Shown: piece by piece, positions 20,046 through 30,514 of the stretch
Layout of the letters: every line of letters begins with the position of its first letter
Position numbering within the stretch: the stretch's first letter is position 1
Assembly (NCBI GenBank): GCA_016212475.1
Contig: JACRGC010000005.1
Coordinates: 157-64,156, forward strand
Origin: Candidatus Micrarchaeota archaeon
GTDB lineage: Archaea; Micrarchaeota; Micrarchaeia; Norongarragalinales; SBBD01
Direction: 5' to 3'
Length of the DNA stretch: 64,000 nucleotides
Notes under the pieces: model-generated
Databases searched by the model: none
Told to the model about the DNA's origin: nothing
What the model saw: only the letters and a program-made list of their open reading frames with translations
Program-made: the position numbers and the translations under genes

Positions 20046-21107
20046 CTAGGCGCAGCACCTAAAGCCGGTATTCAGATTTCCCTCGAGCGGAACCCCGACT
20101 TGGAATGCAAAGCAGCCGGCTTGCCTATTAGACCTATAATAGCCGCCCCGCGCAATCCCTTTTCCGATGAACCGGTTTTGGTCGGGCTCGATGTTGAAAT
20201 AATAATCGCCTCCGTGCTTTTCGGTCTCCTCGCTAAATTGCCTTGGGAGCACATAACTTGCGCCTGCACTTAGTATGTCGTCACGATCAACTAGGCCTTC
20301 TGCAATTGGGGTTTTGTCCGTAACTGAATCTGAAACCCACTCCCAGAAATTCCCAATCAAATCATGCACGCCTTCCTTTGAAACGCAAGAAGTTGGATAG
20401 CCTGCTGGAACATATGAACTATTTTGAATTGCACAGTTGGTATCGCCAACAGTGGGGCCGTATTTAACCCCCTTTATGTTGCATGCAGCTGTGAATTCAT
20501 CCGATGTGCAAAGCCGTTTTCCGGAATTTTCACAAGCTTTTTGGGCCTCCGCCCTGGAAATTCCGCTAGCAGGTACGGAATTGGATTGCGAAACCGCTTT
20601 TCCTGAAACTATGGTTGCCTCAAAATTATCAATGCAAACATCCGCATCGGGAATGTAAGTTGAGCTTCCAACGCATTGCTTATGATCGGTTGTAAACTTC
20701 AAATCCGGGCTTTTGATGCAAACATCCCCAATGCAAGCAGATATCCGGTAATGATAGGCGGTTAGGAATTTCAGATTTGTAATTTGGAATTTATGGGAAG
20801 TCGAGTTGTCCTTTTGTGCAACGATATTGCCGTATTTGTCAGTTTCATCCCATTCAATGACTGAATCTGTGCGAAGTGAGGTGCCCCAAATGATTGTTGC
20901 GGTTACATTCGATACGTTGACAATTGGGAAAACCGTGAAATTGATCGGGTTGGCCGGCGGGATTTTGGATGGGATTGGGGATGGGGAAGTTTGCGGCAAA
21001 AGAATTGATTGTGATGGCTTAGGAGTTGGCTTGGCAGCCGGCTTATCCTCAGTGCACCCGAATAATAGGAGGGTTGAAATCAATAGCAAAAACAGCAATT
21101 TGTTCAT
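20046..21107 (-). CDS. Lipoprotein with Fn3-like domain and FGE-sulfatase (C-type lectin fold) domain
   Basis: Lipobox LLFGC; 'KRLCTSDEF', 'HDLIGNFWEWV', 'RGG', 'GFRCC'. Confidence 0.85.
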   Translation of the reverse strand: MNKLLFLLLISTLLLFGCTEDKPAAKPTPKPSQSILLPQTSPSPIPSKIPPANPINFTVFPIVNVSNVTATIIWGTSLRTDSVIEWDETDKYGNIVAQKDNSTSHKFQITNLKFLTAYHYRISACIGDVCIKSPDLKFTTDHKQCVGSSTYIPDADVCIDNFEATIVSGKAVSQSNSVPASGISRAEAQKACENSGKRLCTSDEFTAACNIKGVKYGPTVGDTNCAIQNSSYVPAGYPTSCVSKEGVHDLIGNFWEWVSDSVTDKTPIAEGLVDRDDILSAGASYVLPRQFSEETEKHGGDYYFNIEPDQNRFIGKGIARGGYYRSNRQAGCFAFQVGVPLEGNLNTGFRCCA

Positions 21108-21307
21108 ATGAGAAAAGAATGCGGTTTTGGAATAAAAAGAGGTAGGATAAGGCCAGCTTGCTAAAAAAATAAATGCAGGAATTCCGGCGAGAATTTGGAA
21201 TTGATGGTTGCGGCTAGGGTAAAAAAAATTTTGGAAAATTAGGCCTTAAAAAAAATTGAGAAAAACAATAAAAAAACAGAATTATTGAAAAAAAGAAAAA
21301 AATGAAC

Positions 21308-24300
21308 TTAACCTTCCGCCTTCATTACGACCTTGATAAGCCCAGTTCCGCAAGGGATTGTCTGCCCGATGATGATGTTTTCGGTAATCCCGCGAAGTTC
21401 GTCCTTTTCGCCTATGATGCAGGCATGGATCAAATGCTTTGCGGTTTCTTCAAATGCGGCCCTTGCAAGCACGGATGCTTTTTCCCCGGCAAGCCCGTGC
21501 CGGCCTATGCTCTTGACAGAGCCCTTGTAGGTCATGGTATCTGCAATGAGCGCAATATGGCGCATATCGACCTTTAGGTCCTGCGCTTCCATGACCTTGT
21601 TGATTTCAGAAACAATTGCATTCCGTCCAGCCTCTATTCCAAGCACGCGGTTGACTTCCATGATATCGTTAGTTGTTGTTCTCGATGCATCAACTTCTGG
21701 TATTTGCATGACCTGCTCAAGGTTGGATCCTTCGGTTGCAATCGAGTGCGTTCCATCCTCGTTTGTTATGATGATTGCCCTATTGACTCCGGTAATCCCC
21801 TTCAGGACGATTTCAGAAAGCTTCGTAGTTGTTTTCCTAATCATCTTAAGCGTATCTTGCTTTGGAATGACCATGATCGTATCTCCGCGCTTTTCATAGT
21901 CGGCAACAGCCTTGATTGCCTTGATCACTTCCTCCTCATCAAGCTTTATTTGCTTCATTTTCTCCTTGTTCATTATGATCTTGATGCGCTTTGCCTCAAA
22001 ATCCTCCCGAATTTCAGCAATTTTTGAAAATTCGACCTGCTCGATGCTGGCTGCAATTGCGGCTACTTTTTTGTAATCTTTTGCAAACTCGGGCTTTAGC
22101 ACGATATCCATGACCGGATTCTTTGGCGATTTGCGGGCGTCCACAAGTTCTACAAGCCTTGTAAATCCAAGCTGCGCAAGCGATGCAACTCCGGCGTAGT
22201 GGAAAGTCCTAAGCGTCATTTGTGTTCCGGGTTCGCCAATTGATTGGGCGGCAACCACTCCAACAGGCTCTCCATATGTGATTTTTGCCCCCATTGAATC
22301 GTATCCATCGCCGTAAAAGAACTGCGCGATGTTGCCCTCGGCATCCCTAACGGAAATGTCCTCGTTTACAATCAGGTCTTGAAGCGCATTGATAAGCCTT
22401 CTTTGCATGTAACCTGTCTTTGCAGGGTTGACTCCCTTATCTACGACGGAATCCCTTCCTCCAGCGGCATGGAAGAAATATTCAATTGGATCCATGCCGA
22501 TCTTGTAATTATTCGAGACAAATCCTTTTGCATACGCTGAAAGATCCCCTTTCCGAAAGTGCGACAAGATGCGATGATTGTATCCGGAGGTCATTCTCTT
22601 TCCACGGATTGCCTGCTGCCCAACTATTGCTGCCATCTGGACTACGTTTAGGAGTTTTCCTTTTGCACCCGCCTTGCTCATCATGATTGCAGGATTTTGA
22701 TGCACTTCGATATCCCCAAAAAGCATTTTTTCCTTGTGGACGTATTTCAGAATGATTTTTCCGCATTTTTCCCTTGTCTCTTCAAGGATGTTCATCATCT
22801 TTTCCTCGAATGTGTCCTTGAGGGTCTTGCCAGGCTGCCTAAGCAGCTTGCCATCCTTTAATTGATGCACAAGGATTTTCTGGTTGTTCCTGCTCTCCTT
22901 TAGAACTTCCTTTATGTCCTTTTTGGCCTCGATTGGAAGATCGTAATCCACCAAGCTTAAGGAAAGCCCGTAATGGCTAAGAATCTGCAGGGCAATTTTT
23001 GTAGATGCGTCAATGAATTTTTGCGCTTCTGTTGACCCGTATTTTTCAAAAATTTCCTTTGTTATTGCATCGGAGGTCTTGCTGTCGACGTGGCCGTTGA
23101 TCAGCTTTGAATTCTTGATTTCAACTTGCTCTTTTACCTTGTTTGTGAATGTGAAATTGAATTTTTCAGGAAGGAGGAGGGAAAATAATTCGCGCCCGGA
23201 AAGATCGCCCTTGACTTCTGATTCAATTCCAGCTGCATTCAAAAGCTCGCATGACTCTCCCTTCGAAAAAGTAACTCCCGGAAGAGAAAGCAAATAAAGC
23301 CCGGAGATTTGATCCAGATCCGGGGCAATGATGGGTTCGCCGTTCCTTGGCGAGAGCACTTGGTCTTGGACTTTCATGAGTATTTCAGCTTCGGCCTGCG
23401 CCTCCTCGTTTTGCGGGACGTGGAGGTTCATTTCATCCCCATCAAAATCCGCATTGTATGGCTTGCAATCCGCAACATTGAACCTGAAGGTTTTGCCCGG
23501 AAGCACCTTTACGGTGTGGGACATCATTGAAATCCTGTGAAGCGAAGGCTGCCTGTTGAAAATTACAGTATCGCCGTTCATGAGCTGCCTTTCGAGGGTG
23601 TAGCCAACGCCTATTTCGCCAAGCACTTCTTCGATATTTGCTTTTGTAACCCTCTTCCTTCTGCCATCGGGCCTAATCACGTAATTGATTTTTTCCGTGT
23701 GATCCTTGATTAAATCCTTGACATAATCCATGTTCCATTCATTTACGGTTAATGGAAGCGTAAGCTCGGCTGCAATGCTTTCCGGAACTCCAAGCTCGTT
23801 GATCCCAAGGGTCGGATCCGGCGAAATTACAGTCCTTGCTGAAAAGTTTACACGCTTTCCCGATAAGTTGTACCTGAACCTGCCTTCCTTTCCTTTTAGC
23901 CTTTGGAAAAGTGTTTTAAGCTGCCTGCCGGACCTGTGCCGAGCCGGTGGAATTCCAGCTGTTTCATTATCATAGTAAGTTACAATGTGGTATTGCAAAA
24001 GTTCCCACAAATCCTCAATGATTAATTGCGGAGCTCCAGCGTCAATATTTTCAGCAAGCCTTTGGTTGATTCTGATAATATCTACAAGCTTGTGGGTCAA
24101 ATCATCTTCCGACCTTTCTCCGGTTTCAAGTGTGATTGAAGGCCTAACAGAAACAGGAGGCACAAGCAAAACAGTTAAAACAATCCACTCCGGCCTAAAT
24201 GATACGCCAAGTGTTTGAAGCACATCATCAGAAACCCTCTCAAGCCTTTCACGGATTTCAGATGGCAAAAGTTTCCTTTCCTCCTCGTAAAATGAGGTTG

Positions 24301-24697
24301 GCCTAACGAATTTGATTTGCTTTTGCTTTTCCTCGCAGTGAGGGCAGGCGGCAACCCTTTTTGCCTTGTCTAGCGAATCAATTTCCAAAAGAAGTTTTCC
24401 GCACCTTGAGCAGGTTGCCTTCAAAAGCTGGTAGACCATTTTTCCAAATCCAACATGGACAACCGGCCGAACAAGTTCGATGTGGCCAAAGTGCCCGCTG
24501 CACGATTTCATCCTTCCTCCGCAGGTTTTGCACTTAAGCCCAGGATCAATTACCCCAAGGTGCTGATCGGCAAGTCCGGCAGCAATTGGATAGCCATCCT
24601 CATCGTATGTGTCCGGGACTGTGATTTTAACCGATGAGAGCTTCCTTACGTTCTCAGGGGAGTAAATCGAAAATTCAATGCTTTCTACTACTTTCAT
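21308..24697 (-). CDS. rpoA: RNA polymerase largest subunit, Rpo1N+Rpo1C (A'+A'') fused
   Basis: NADFDGD, GYMQRRL, AQSIGEPGTQMTLRTFH and RAAFE in one 1129-aa ORF. Confidence 0.96.
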   Translation of the reverse strand: MKVVESIEFSIYSPENVRKLSSVKITVPDTYDEDGYPIAAGLADQHLGVIDPGLKCKTCGGRMKSCSGHFGHIELVRPVVHVGFGKMVYQLLKATCSRCGKLLLEIDSLDKAKRVAACPHCEEKQKQIKFVRPTSFYEEERKLLPSEIRERLERVSDDVLQTLGVSFRPEWIVLTVLLVPPVSVRPSITLETGERSEDDLTHKLVDIIRINQRLAENIDAGAPQLIIEDLWELLQYHIVTYYDNETAGIPPARHRSGRQLKTLFQRLKGKEGRFRYNLSGKRVNFSARTVISPDPTLGINELGVPESIAAELTLPLTVNEWNMDYVKDLIKDHTEKINYVIRPDGRRKRVTKANIEEVLGEIGVGYTLERQLMNGDTVIFNRQPSLHRISMMSHTVKVLPGKTFRFNVADCKPYNADFDGDEMNLHVPQNEEAQAEAEILMKVQDQVLSPRNGEPIIAPDLDQISGLYLLSLPGVTFSKGESCELLNAAGIESEVKGDLSGRELFSLLLPEKFNFTFTNKVKEQVEIKNSKLINGHVDSKTSDAITKEIFEKYGSTEAQKFIDASTKIALQILSHYGLSLSLVDYDLPIEAKKDIKEVLKESRNNQKILVHQLKDGKLLRQPGKTLKDTFEEKMMNILEETREKCGKIILKYVHKEKMLFGDIEVHQNPAIMMSKAGAKGKLLNVVQMAAIVGQQAIRGKRMTSGYNHRILSHFRKGDLSAYAKGFVSNNYKIGMDPIEYFFHAAGGRDSVVDKGVNPAKTGYMQRRLINALQDLIVNEDISVRDAEGNIAQFFYGDGYDSMGAKITYGEPVGVVAAQSIGEPGTQMTLRTFHYAGVASLAQLGFTRLVELVDARKSPKNPVMDIVLKPEFAKDYKKVAAIAASIEQVEFSKIAEIREDFEAKRIKIIMNKEKMKQIKLDEEEVIKAIKAVADYEKRGDTIMVIPKQDTLKMIRKTTTKLSEIVLKGITGVNRAIIITNEDGTHSIATEGSNLEQVMQIPEVDASRTTTNDIMEVNRVLGIEAGRNAIVSEINKVMEAQDLKVDMRHIALIADTMTYKGSVKSIGRHGLAGEKASVLARAAFEETAKHLIHACIIGEKDELRGITENIIIGQTIPCGTGLIKVVMKAEG

Positions 24698-24772
24698 TTT
24701 TATCAGCTCTAAATTTTGGTTGGAATTTTATCCCATAATTCATGCGTTTGCTTTAGCCTTTATCCTTAAGAT

Positions 24773-24823
24773 TGACACCTTTAGGAAACCAAGGTTTCCT
24801 ACTCGTGTCGCCCCTACCTTCCT
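24773..24823. repeat. Hairpin repeat element, copy 1
   Basis: TGACACCTTTAGGAAACCAAGGTTTCCTACTCGTGTCGCCCCTACCTTCCT. Confidence 0.85.
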
Positions 24824-24833
24824 TTTTCAAATA

Positions 24834-26642
24834 TTATCCTTTATCCTTCAAGTTTAGTTTGGGGTTGATTCCAATTGATTTCATTTCATCCAACAGCAAT
24901 TTGAATGCATAGCTCATTTCGACTTCTGAAATGGCGGTGCTTTCGCAAATTGGGCAATACGTCTTGTTCTTGAGCTTGTCAAATACTCCGGCGGATCCGC
25001 ATTTGTTGCAGATAAGTTCGGTTGTCTTATCCGAGCTTTCAATCATTCTTTCCTTTAGAAGTGATGATGCCCCAAAGCCAATAAAGCAATCCCGCTCCAT
25101 CTCCCCAAGCCTAAGCCCTCCTTCCCTAGCCCGCCCTTCAGTTGGCTGGTGCGTAAGCATCTGGACTGGCCCTCTGCTCCTTGCATGGATCTTAAGCCCA
25201 ACCAAGTGGTGCAGCCTTTGGTAGTAAATAACTCCTGTGAAAATTTTAGCGCTCATGATCCGTCCGGAATATCCATCGTACAAATATTCATGGCCTGATG
25301 GCTCAAATCCGTATTTTGAAAGGATTGCCTCGTAATCATCCTGCGAATCTCCTGTAAACGAAGTTCCATCCCTGATTGTTCCTTCCATGCAAGCTGCTTT
25401 TCCGCCAAGCATCTCAAGAAGATGCCCAGCAGTCATCCTTCCAGGGATTGCATGCGGGTTTATGATCAGATCCGGAACAACTCCTTGCTTTGTAAATGGC
25501 ATATCCTCCTGGTTGACTAAAAGCGCAACAATTCCCTTTTGCCCATACCTTGATGAGAACTTATCGCCAATTTCTGGAATGTTTGTTTTTCTAACCCTAA
25601 CCTTGACGAATCTGTTTCCGGCAATGCTTTCGGAAACCATGACGGAATCAACTATCCCATCCTCGTTGCTTCGAACTGTAACCGAGCTTTCCCTTCTTTT
25701 TTCAACCTCGACATCAAGAGCTGAAATTTCCTTCAAAAATCTTGGAGGGGATGTTTTTCCAATCAAAACTGAATCGCCAGGAACGTATACTTCAGGTGAA
25801 ATTAATCCATCAGTTTCAATGTTTTGGTAGGTTTCTTCGCCCAAATATCCCTGCACATACTCCGGAGGCACTTCAAACTTGTCCTTTTGCCCGCCAGGGT
25901 ACCTGCGCTCTTCTGCGTTGTAGGTTCTAAAGAATGCGCTTCTGCCAAGCGTCCTATCAACTGCCTGCTTGTTTATGATGATCGCATCGTTCATGTTAAA
26001 GCCGTAGTAGCTAAGAACTGCGACAACGAAATTTTGGCCTGCTGCGCGCTTGTAATTTTGGAGGTTTTCGTAAATCCTTGTTTGGACAAGGGGCCGCTGC
26101 GGGTAAAATAAAACGTAACCTCTTGTTTCACCGCGGAGGTTGAAATTAGCAGTGTAAAGACCAAGTGCTTGCTTTGCGTGCTGGGATGCCATCAAAACCC
26201 TTGGAGCCATGTTATGTTCAAGGAATGGGATTTGGTTTGAAACATACCCAAGCATTCCAATTACATCTACTTCCATATGGGTGTGAAGTGGCGTTAGATC
26301 CTCTTCTTTTAGTGCAACAAGCGCGTTTTCCTCTTCTTCGGCATCCAAATAATCAATCAAGCCTTTAGAAACCAAATCCTTGAATTGGATTTGGCCGTTC
26401 CTAAGTTTTTCGATGTGCTCTGGAAGGATTGCGCATTTCCCATTCTTTACAACGATTAATGGCCTTCGCGCCCTGCCTTCGTCGGTGTTTATGAATAATT
26501 CATTGGTTTTTTCGTAAAAAGAAACGTTTGTTTGCTGGTCGATTTCGCCCTTCCTTCGCTTGTCGCGGATTTCATCTGCAAGCTTTCCGCCATTTTCATG
26601 GAAACCAACAAACCTTCCATTCAAAAAAATTGAGCTTTTCAT
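24834..26642 (-). CDS. rpoB1: RNA polymerase subunit B' (Rpo2C)
   Basis: GDKFSSRYGQKG, NPHAIPGRMT, GGLRLGEMERD, C-terminal Zn finger. Confidence 0.96.
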   Translation of the reverse strand: MKSSIFLNGRFVGFHENGGKLADEIRDKRRKGEIDQQTNVSFYEKTNELFINTDEGRARRPLIVVKNGKCAILPEHIEKLRNGQIQFKDLVSKGLIDYLDAEEEENALVALKEEDLTPLHTHMEVDVIGMLGYVSNQIPFLEHNMAPRVLMASQHAKQALGLYTANFNLRGETRGYVLFYPQRPLVQTRIYENLQNYKRAAGQNFVVAVLSYYGFNMNDAIIINKQAVDRTLGRSAFFRTYNAEERRYPGGQKDKFEVPPEYVQGYLGEETYQNIETDGLISPEVYVPGDSVLIGKTSPPRFLKEISALDVEVEKRRESSVTVRSNEDGIVDSVMVSESIAGNRFVKVRVRKTNIPEIGDKFSSRYGQKGIVALLVNQEDMPFTKQGVVPDLIINPHAIPGRMTAGHLLEMLGGKAACMEGTIRDGTSFTGDSQDDYEAILSKYGFEPSGHEYLYDGYSGRIMSAKIFTGVIYYQRLHHLVGLKIHARSRGPVQMLTHQPTEGRAREGGLRLGEMERDCFIGFGASSLLKERMIESSDKTTELICNKCGSAGVFDKLKNKTYCPICESTAISEVEMSYAFKLLLDEMKSIGINPKLNLKDKG

Positions 26643-26658
26643 AATTATCACAAAAAAT

Positions 26659-28128
26659 CTAAATTTGCATGGTCACTCCTAGGTTCCTAAGGGATTTCTC
26701 AACGGATTTCTCCTCCGAGCCGGATGTGATTTCGCAGAAAATTGAAAGTGATTTGATAAGACCGCAATTTGGCCCTTCAGGGGTTTCGTTAGGATCGAGC
26801 CTTCCAAAGTGCGTGCCATGAAGATCCCTTGCCTTGTGGTGCGGATGCTTCTTTGCAAGCGGCGAAATAACCCTTCGCATGAATGCAATTGATGAAACGA
26901 AATTGTACCTATCAAGCGGCTGGCAAACTCCAGTGTGGCCGCCCATCCAGTTGCCAGTTGCCATGGAATACTTGATCCTTTCGGTTAGGGCGTCTGGCCG
27001 AACAATTGTGAATAGGGTCATTTTCCTCCTTCGGATGTTTGCCCGCTCCAATTGGTAGGCAACATCCTTCACGAAGAATTGGAATGCGTACCTAAATAGC
27101 TCTTCCATTAATTTTCCGGTGATCTTGATCCTCTTGTTTGCGTAGTGATCCTTATCTTCCGGTTTCCTTTTTCTGTAAGCTGTCAGGACTGCTCGCTCTG
27201 CCATCCTGCATAGGTAGTAAGCTTTAGCAAGCCTATCTTTTTCCTCAACTCCGATGTGAGGAAGCAAATAGCGATCGATTAGAAGTTCTGATCTTTTCAG
27301 CTGGTAATCAACCGGCTGCCCGGGAGCCGCCCTTTTGCCAATTGCTTCAAGCGCATCCTTCTTGGTTTTGATTTCAGCTTCGGCTTCCCAATTGAGAAGC
27401 AGATCATTTACTATGAATGGGGTATCTGAAAATGCAGCGTAAATTTTTTCCTGCTTGTCAAGGCCAAGCGCTTTTAATAGAACTAAAAGCTCGATTGATT
27501 TGTTGAATGATGGAAGCGTAACCGAAAGCTTTCCTTCTTTTGTTCGATCAACCGTGATCCTTCCCCTAAACCCAAGCCTAGTTGAGAATACTTTTGCCTG
27601 GATTAGGTCTTTTTCCTTTTCCCTTGAAACAAATATTCTGTTTGGCGCAAGATCTTCAATTGAAATCAATGCTTTTTCGGTTCCATTGATGATGAAATAC
27701 CCGCACGGATCAAGTGGATCTTCCCCTGCAGCTAGGAGTTCATCCCTATTCATTTGTGAAAGATAGCAAACCTTTGATTTGAGCATGACTGGAATTTCTC
27801 CAATGAATACGGTTTCAGTCCTTCCTTCAGAGCCTGAAAACAGGGGGGTAATTTCTAGAAATAGTGGAGCGGTATATGAAAGGTCGCGAAGCCTTGCCTC
27901 TTGGGGGTAAAGGACGCGCCTTGTTCCATCTGCCTCGGTAACTGATGGCTGGCCGACGGTGATTTTTCCCAATTTAAGCACTAGATTTTCAACTTGCGGC
28001 TCGATTGATTTTTGCGAATCAACTACCATTTGAAGGCCGCCTTCCAAAAACTTGTTATAAGAGTCGATGAATTGCTTCATCATGGAGCTCTCATTCAGAT
28101 AGCTTTTTGTAAGTTCGGCAGTTTCCAT
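26659..28128 (-). CDS. rpoB2: RNA polymerase subunit B'' (Rpo2N)
   Basis: GYFIINGTE, DKDHYANKR, ETPEGPNCGLIK. Confidence 0.96.
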   Translation of the reverse strand: METAELTKSYLNESSMMKQFIDSYNKFLEGGLQMVVDSQKSIEPQVENLVLKLGKITVGQPSVTEADGTRRVLYPQEARLRDLSYTAPLFLEITPLFSGSEGRTETVFIGEIPVMLKSKVCYLSQMNRDELLAAGEDPLDPCGYFIINGTEKALISIEDLAPNRIFVSREKEKDLIQAKVFSTRLGFRGRITVDRTKEGKLSVTLPSFNKSIELLVLLKALGLDKQEKIYAAFSDTPFIVNDLLLNWEAEAEIKTKKDALEAIGKRAAPGQPVDYQLKRSELLIDRYLLPHIGVEEKDRLAKAYYLCRMAERAVLTAYRKRKPEDKDHYANKRIKITGKLMEELFRYAFQFFVKDVAYQLERANIRRRKMTLFTIVRPDALTERIKYSMATGNWMGGHTGVCQPLDRYNFVSSIAFMRRVISPLAKKHPHHKARDLHGTHFGRLDPNETPEGPNCGLIKSLSIFCEITSGSEEKSVEKSLRNLGVTMQI

Positions 28129-28182
28129 AAAAATTCAACTTTTAAGTTCAATAAACTACGGATTTGATCGGCAAATATGCAT

Positions 28183-28401
28183 TTAATCGATAACTATGCG
28201 GTAATAGATGTCTTTTTCCCCACGCTGGATCCTTATGACATCCCCAATTTTTGCGCCTAGTTGCTTTGCAACGGGATCTTCAGATAAGATTAATGGCAAA
28301 TTTTCCTTGGTTATCTTGAATTTTAGAAGCATTTGCGTAATTTCCTCCTCGGAAGCTATCGAGTGTTTCGGCAAAAATATATGGCTAAAATTAGTATCCA
28401 T
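28183..28401 (-). CDS. rpoH: RNA polymerase subunit H (Rpo5)
   Basis: HIFLPKH, LPLI..EDP, GDVIRIQR, YYRIV. Confidence 0.95.
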   Translation of the reverse strand: MDTNFSHIFLPKHSIASEEEITQMLLKFKITKENLPLILSEDPVAKQLGAKIGDVIRIQRGEKDIYYRIVID

Positions 28402-28558
28402 AGTAACGACCAACAGCTAAAGAATAGACTAAGCCCCTTCAAGAGGTAATACTTGCACAAGTGAAATTTATAAGCCTTTCCATTGGTTCAAAGATTTACG
28501 TATGAAAAGAACGATTTTACTTGGGAACAAAATAATGGAATTACGGCTATTTTTTGCA

Positions 28559-30514
28559 CTACTCCTTCCTGTGCCAAAATATAAGCGCAAGCACTATGAA
28601 TGCAAAGGTATAGACGGATACCACAAAATAATTTTCAACAGCGTAATACGCCGCGTCCCGAACAGTTGTTTTGGAAATCATTTCTACAACATTGTATAGG
28701 GGAAGCAAGGTAGCAATTGTCTTGAATGCGCCCTGAATCTGTTCGATTGGAAGCATGATTCCAGATAAGAAAAGCATAGGCATACTGACAAGAAGGGAAG
28801 ATAGCACGGCGGATCCTTCATTTGATACAAATGCCGAGAGCAAAGTGCCCATTGCCGTGAATACTGCAGGGGCTAGGAATAAAGCAAAGGAAAATGCAAG
28901 GGGATTTGCGCTTAGGTTTATCCCAAAAAATATAGCGCCAAGCAGGGCAACAACCATGACTTGGATCAAACCTGCGATGTAATCGCCAATGAATTTCCCA
29001 ATTACAATTGAAAATGTGCTGGCATATGAAAGTTTCATCCTAAACCTTAGGCCTTGCGTTTTTTGCTTAACCGACATGATTGGGGGCAAAAGAAGGCAGC
29101 TAAGCAGGGAAACAAGCCCAAGAAGGGCTGGGAAAATCGAATCAATTGGCCTAAGAGTTCTCCTCTCCGGAAGGCTTTCAAGCTTTAGGGGGACATATTT
29201 CCTTGGATCGTTTTCTACAAACTTGCCTATATTTGATTTCATGGATTGCAACAGAGTTTGGGTCCTTGAAATGTCTTGGTCAAGGGAATCCAATTGAGCC
29301 GAGGATTCTACAAGATAAGTATTCATTGATTGCGAAAGAACACTAAATGAATTCAGGTTTGCCTGCGCTTTTTCTAAATTGTTTTGAGCAATGATTAGCT
29401 TGTTTGACGCATCGTCCATTTGCGAGCGGGTGTAAGATAAATCACTTCGCGCATTTGCCTGGGTAGTTTGAAGGGAGGCCCTAGTATTTGAAATATCGTT
29501 CCTGGCGCTTTGAATATCATTTCTTGCAACAGCTATTTGTGCCTGTGAATTTTGAATATCCGATCGCATGCTTTGCAAATCATTCCTTGCGGATAGGATT
29601 TGATTTCTCGAATCAATTATGCCATTTTCAACTGTAATTAATTGAGTTTGCGCAGCGCCAGTTGAAGTTGCCCTAACCTGCGAAACTATCGTTAAATATG
29701 TTCCAAGTGTTGCATAAGCTGAATCCAATTGGGCAATTCTTTGCTGCAATTGAATATCCCAGGCATTTAGCTTATTTTGGAGGGTAAATAATTGGGAATC
29801 CGTTGCAGCTAATCTGCCATCATAGTATTGCAGTTTTGAATCATATGTTGATATTTGGTTTATAGTATCTTCCCAGGAGGAAAGTTTTTGGCGCATGTTG
29901 CTAATTCCTTCAGACATCCCAATTGCATCGCTTCGCATTTGGGAGAGCATATTCGTCGTTGCAACGGCATCACTATTTTGCATGCTGCCCCTAAGTTGTT
30001 CGAGATTTGCCTTGTTTTGCTTAAGATTTGCCCTAAGCTGGGGAATTTTTTGAAGCTGGCCATCGACTTCTTTTGAAAGATCCTTCATGCTGCCATGAAT
30101 TGATACGAGGTTTGTTTCGACAAGATCGGCAGATAAATCCGCAAGCTTTCCTTGGAGCTGCATGGCAAGGGATGTGGCAACCACTTCTTTTTGGGGATCA
30201 AAATAAGTATACATGCGCCTTCTTCCCGATTCATCGGTTGTGAACAGTATTCCAAGTACGGATTGGCCAGATATTACGGAATTTATCATCCCTTCCTTTG
30301 TATCAAATTCAATTAACTCCTGGGATTCAAAATTAGGGAAGTTTTCATGGACAGTTGAATAAAGCGCAATCGTCACCCCCTTTGCGCCCATGTTGCTAAA
30401 AATTGGGCCAACAACCATCATAAGGATCAGGGGGTAGAGCAAAATTAAAAGCGAGGTCATTCCTTGCGCGGATATGAATTTTAGTTCAAGTTTGACTATT
30501 GTCAATAGGCTCAT
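28559..30514 (-). CDS. ABC-2 type permease with very long extracellular coiled coil (YhgE/Pip-like architecture)
   Basis: One N-terminal TM, heptad-rich Q/S/N/L region, C-terminal multi-TM with 'FLSGIMLPIE'. Confidence 0.8.
   Translation of the reverse strand: MSLLTIVKLELKFISAQGMTSLLILLYPLILMMVVGPIFSNMGAKGVTIALYSTVHENFPNFESQELIEFDTKEGMINSVISGQSVLGILFTTDESGRRRMYTYFDPQKEVVATSLAMQLQGKLADLSADLVETNLVSIHGSMKDLSKEVDGQLQKIPQLRANLKQNKANLEQLRGSMQNSDAVATTNMLSQMRSDAIGMSEGISNMRQKLSSWEDTINQISTYDSKLQYYDGRLAATDSQLFTLQNKLNAWDIQLQQRIAQLDSAYATLGTYLTIVSQVRATSTGAAQTQLITVENGIIDSRNQILSARNDLQSMRSDIQNSQAQIAVARNDIQSARNDISNTRASLQTTQANARSDLSYTRSQMDDASNKLIIAQNNLEKAQANLNSFSVLSQSMNTYLVESSAQLDSLDQDISRTQTLLQSMKSNIGKFVENDPRKYVPLKLESLPERRTLRPIDSIFPALLGLVSLLSCLLLPPIMSVKQKTQGLRFRMKLSYASTFSIVIGKFIGDYIAGLIQVMVVALLGAIFFGINLSANPLAFSFALFLAPAVFTAMGTLLSAFVSNEGSAVLSSLLVSMPMLFLSGIMLPIEQIQGAFKTIATLLPLYNVVEMISKTTVRDAAYYAVENYFVVSVYTFAFIVLALIFWHRKE

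Noticed and set aside
20046..20200. FGE/C-type lectin C-terminus as a diversity-generating retroelement target
   Set aside because: No template repeat or reverse transcriptase seen in the window
22695..22750. About 10-aa insertion in Rpo1 (KEKMLFGDIEVH) with a weak hairpin as a possible in-frame intron
   Set aside because: No 4-bp central helix with a 3-nt bulge could be built; more likely a protein-level insertion
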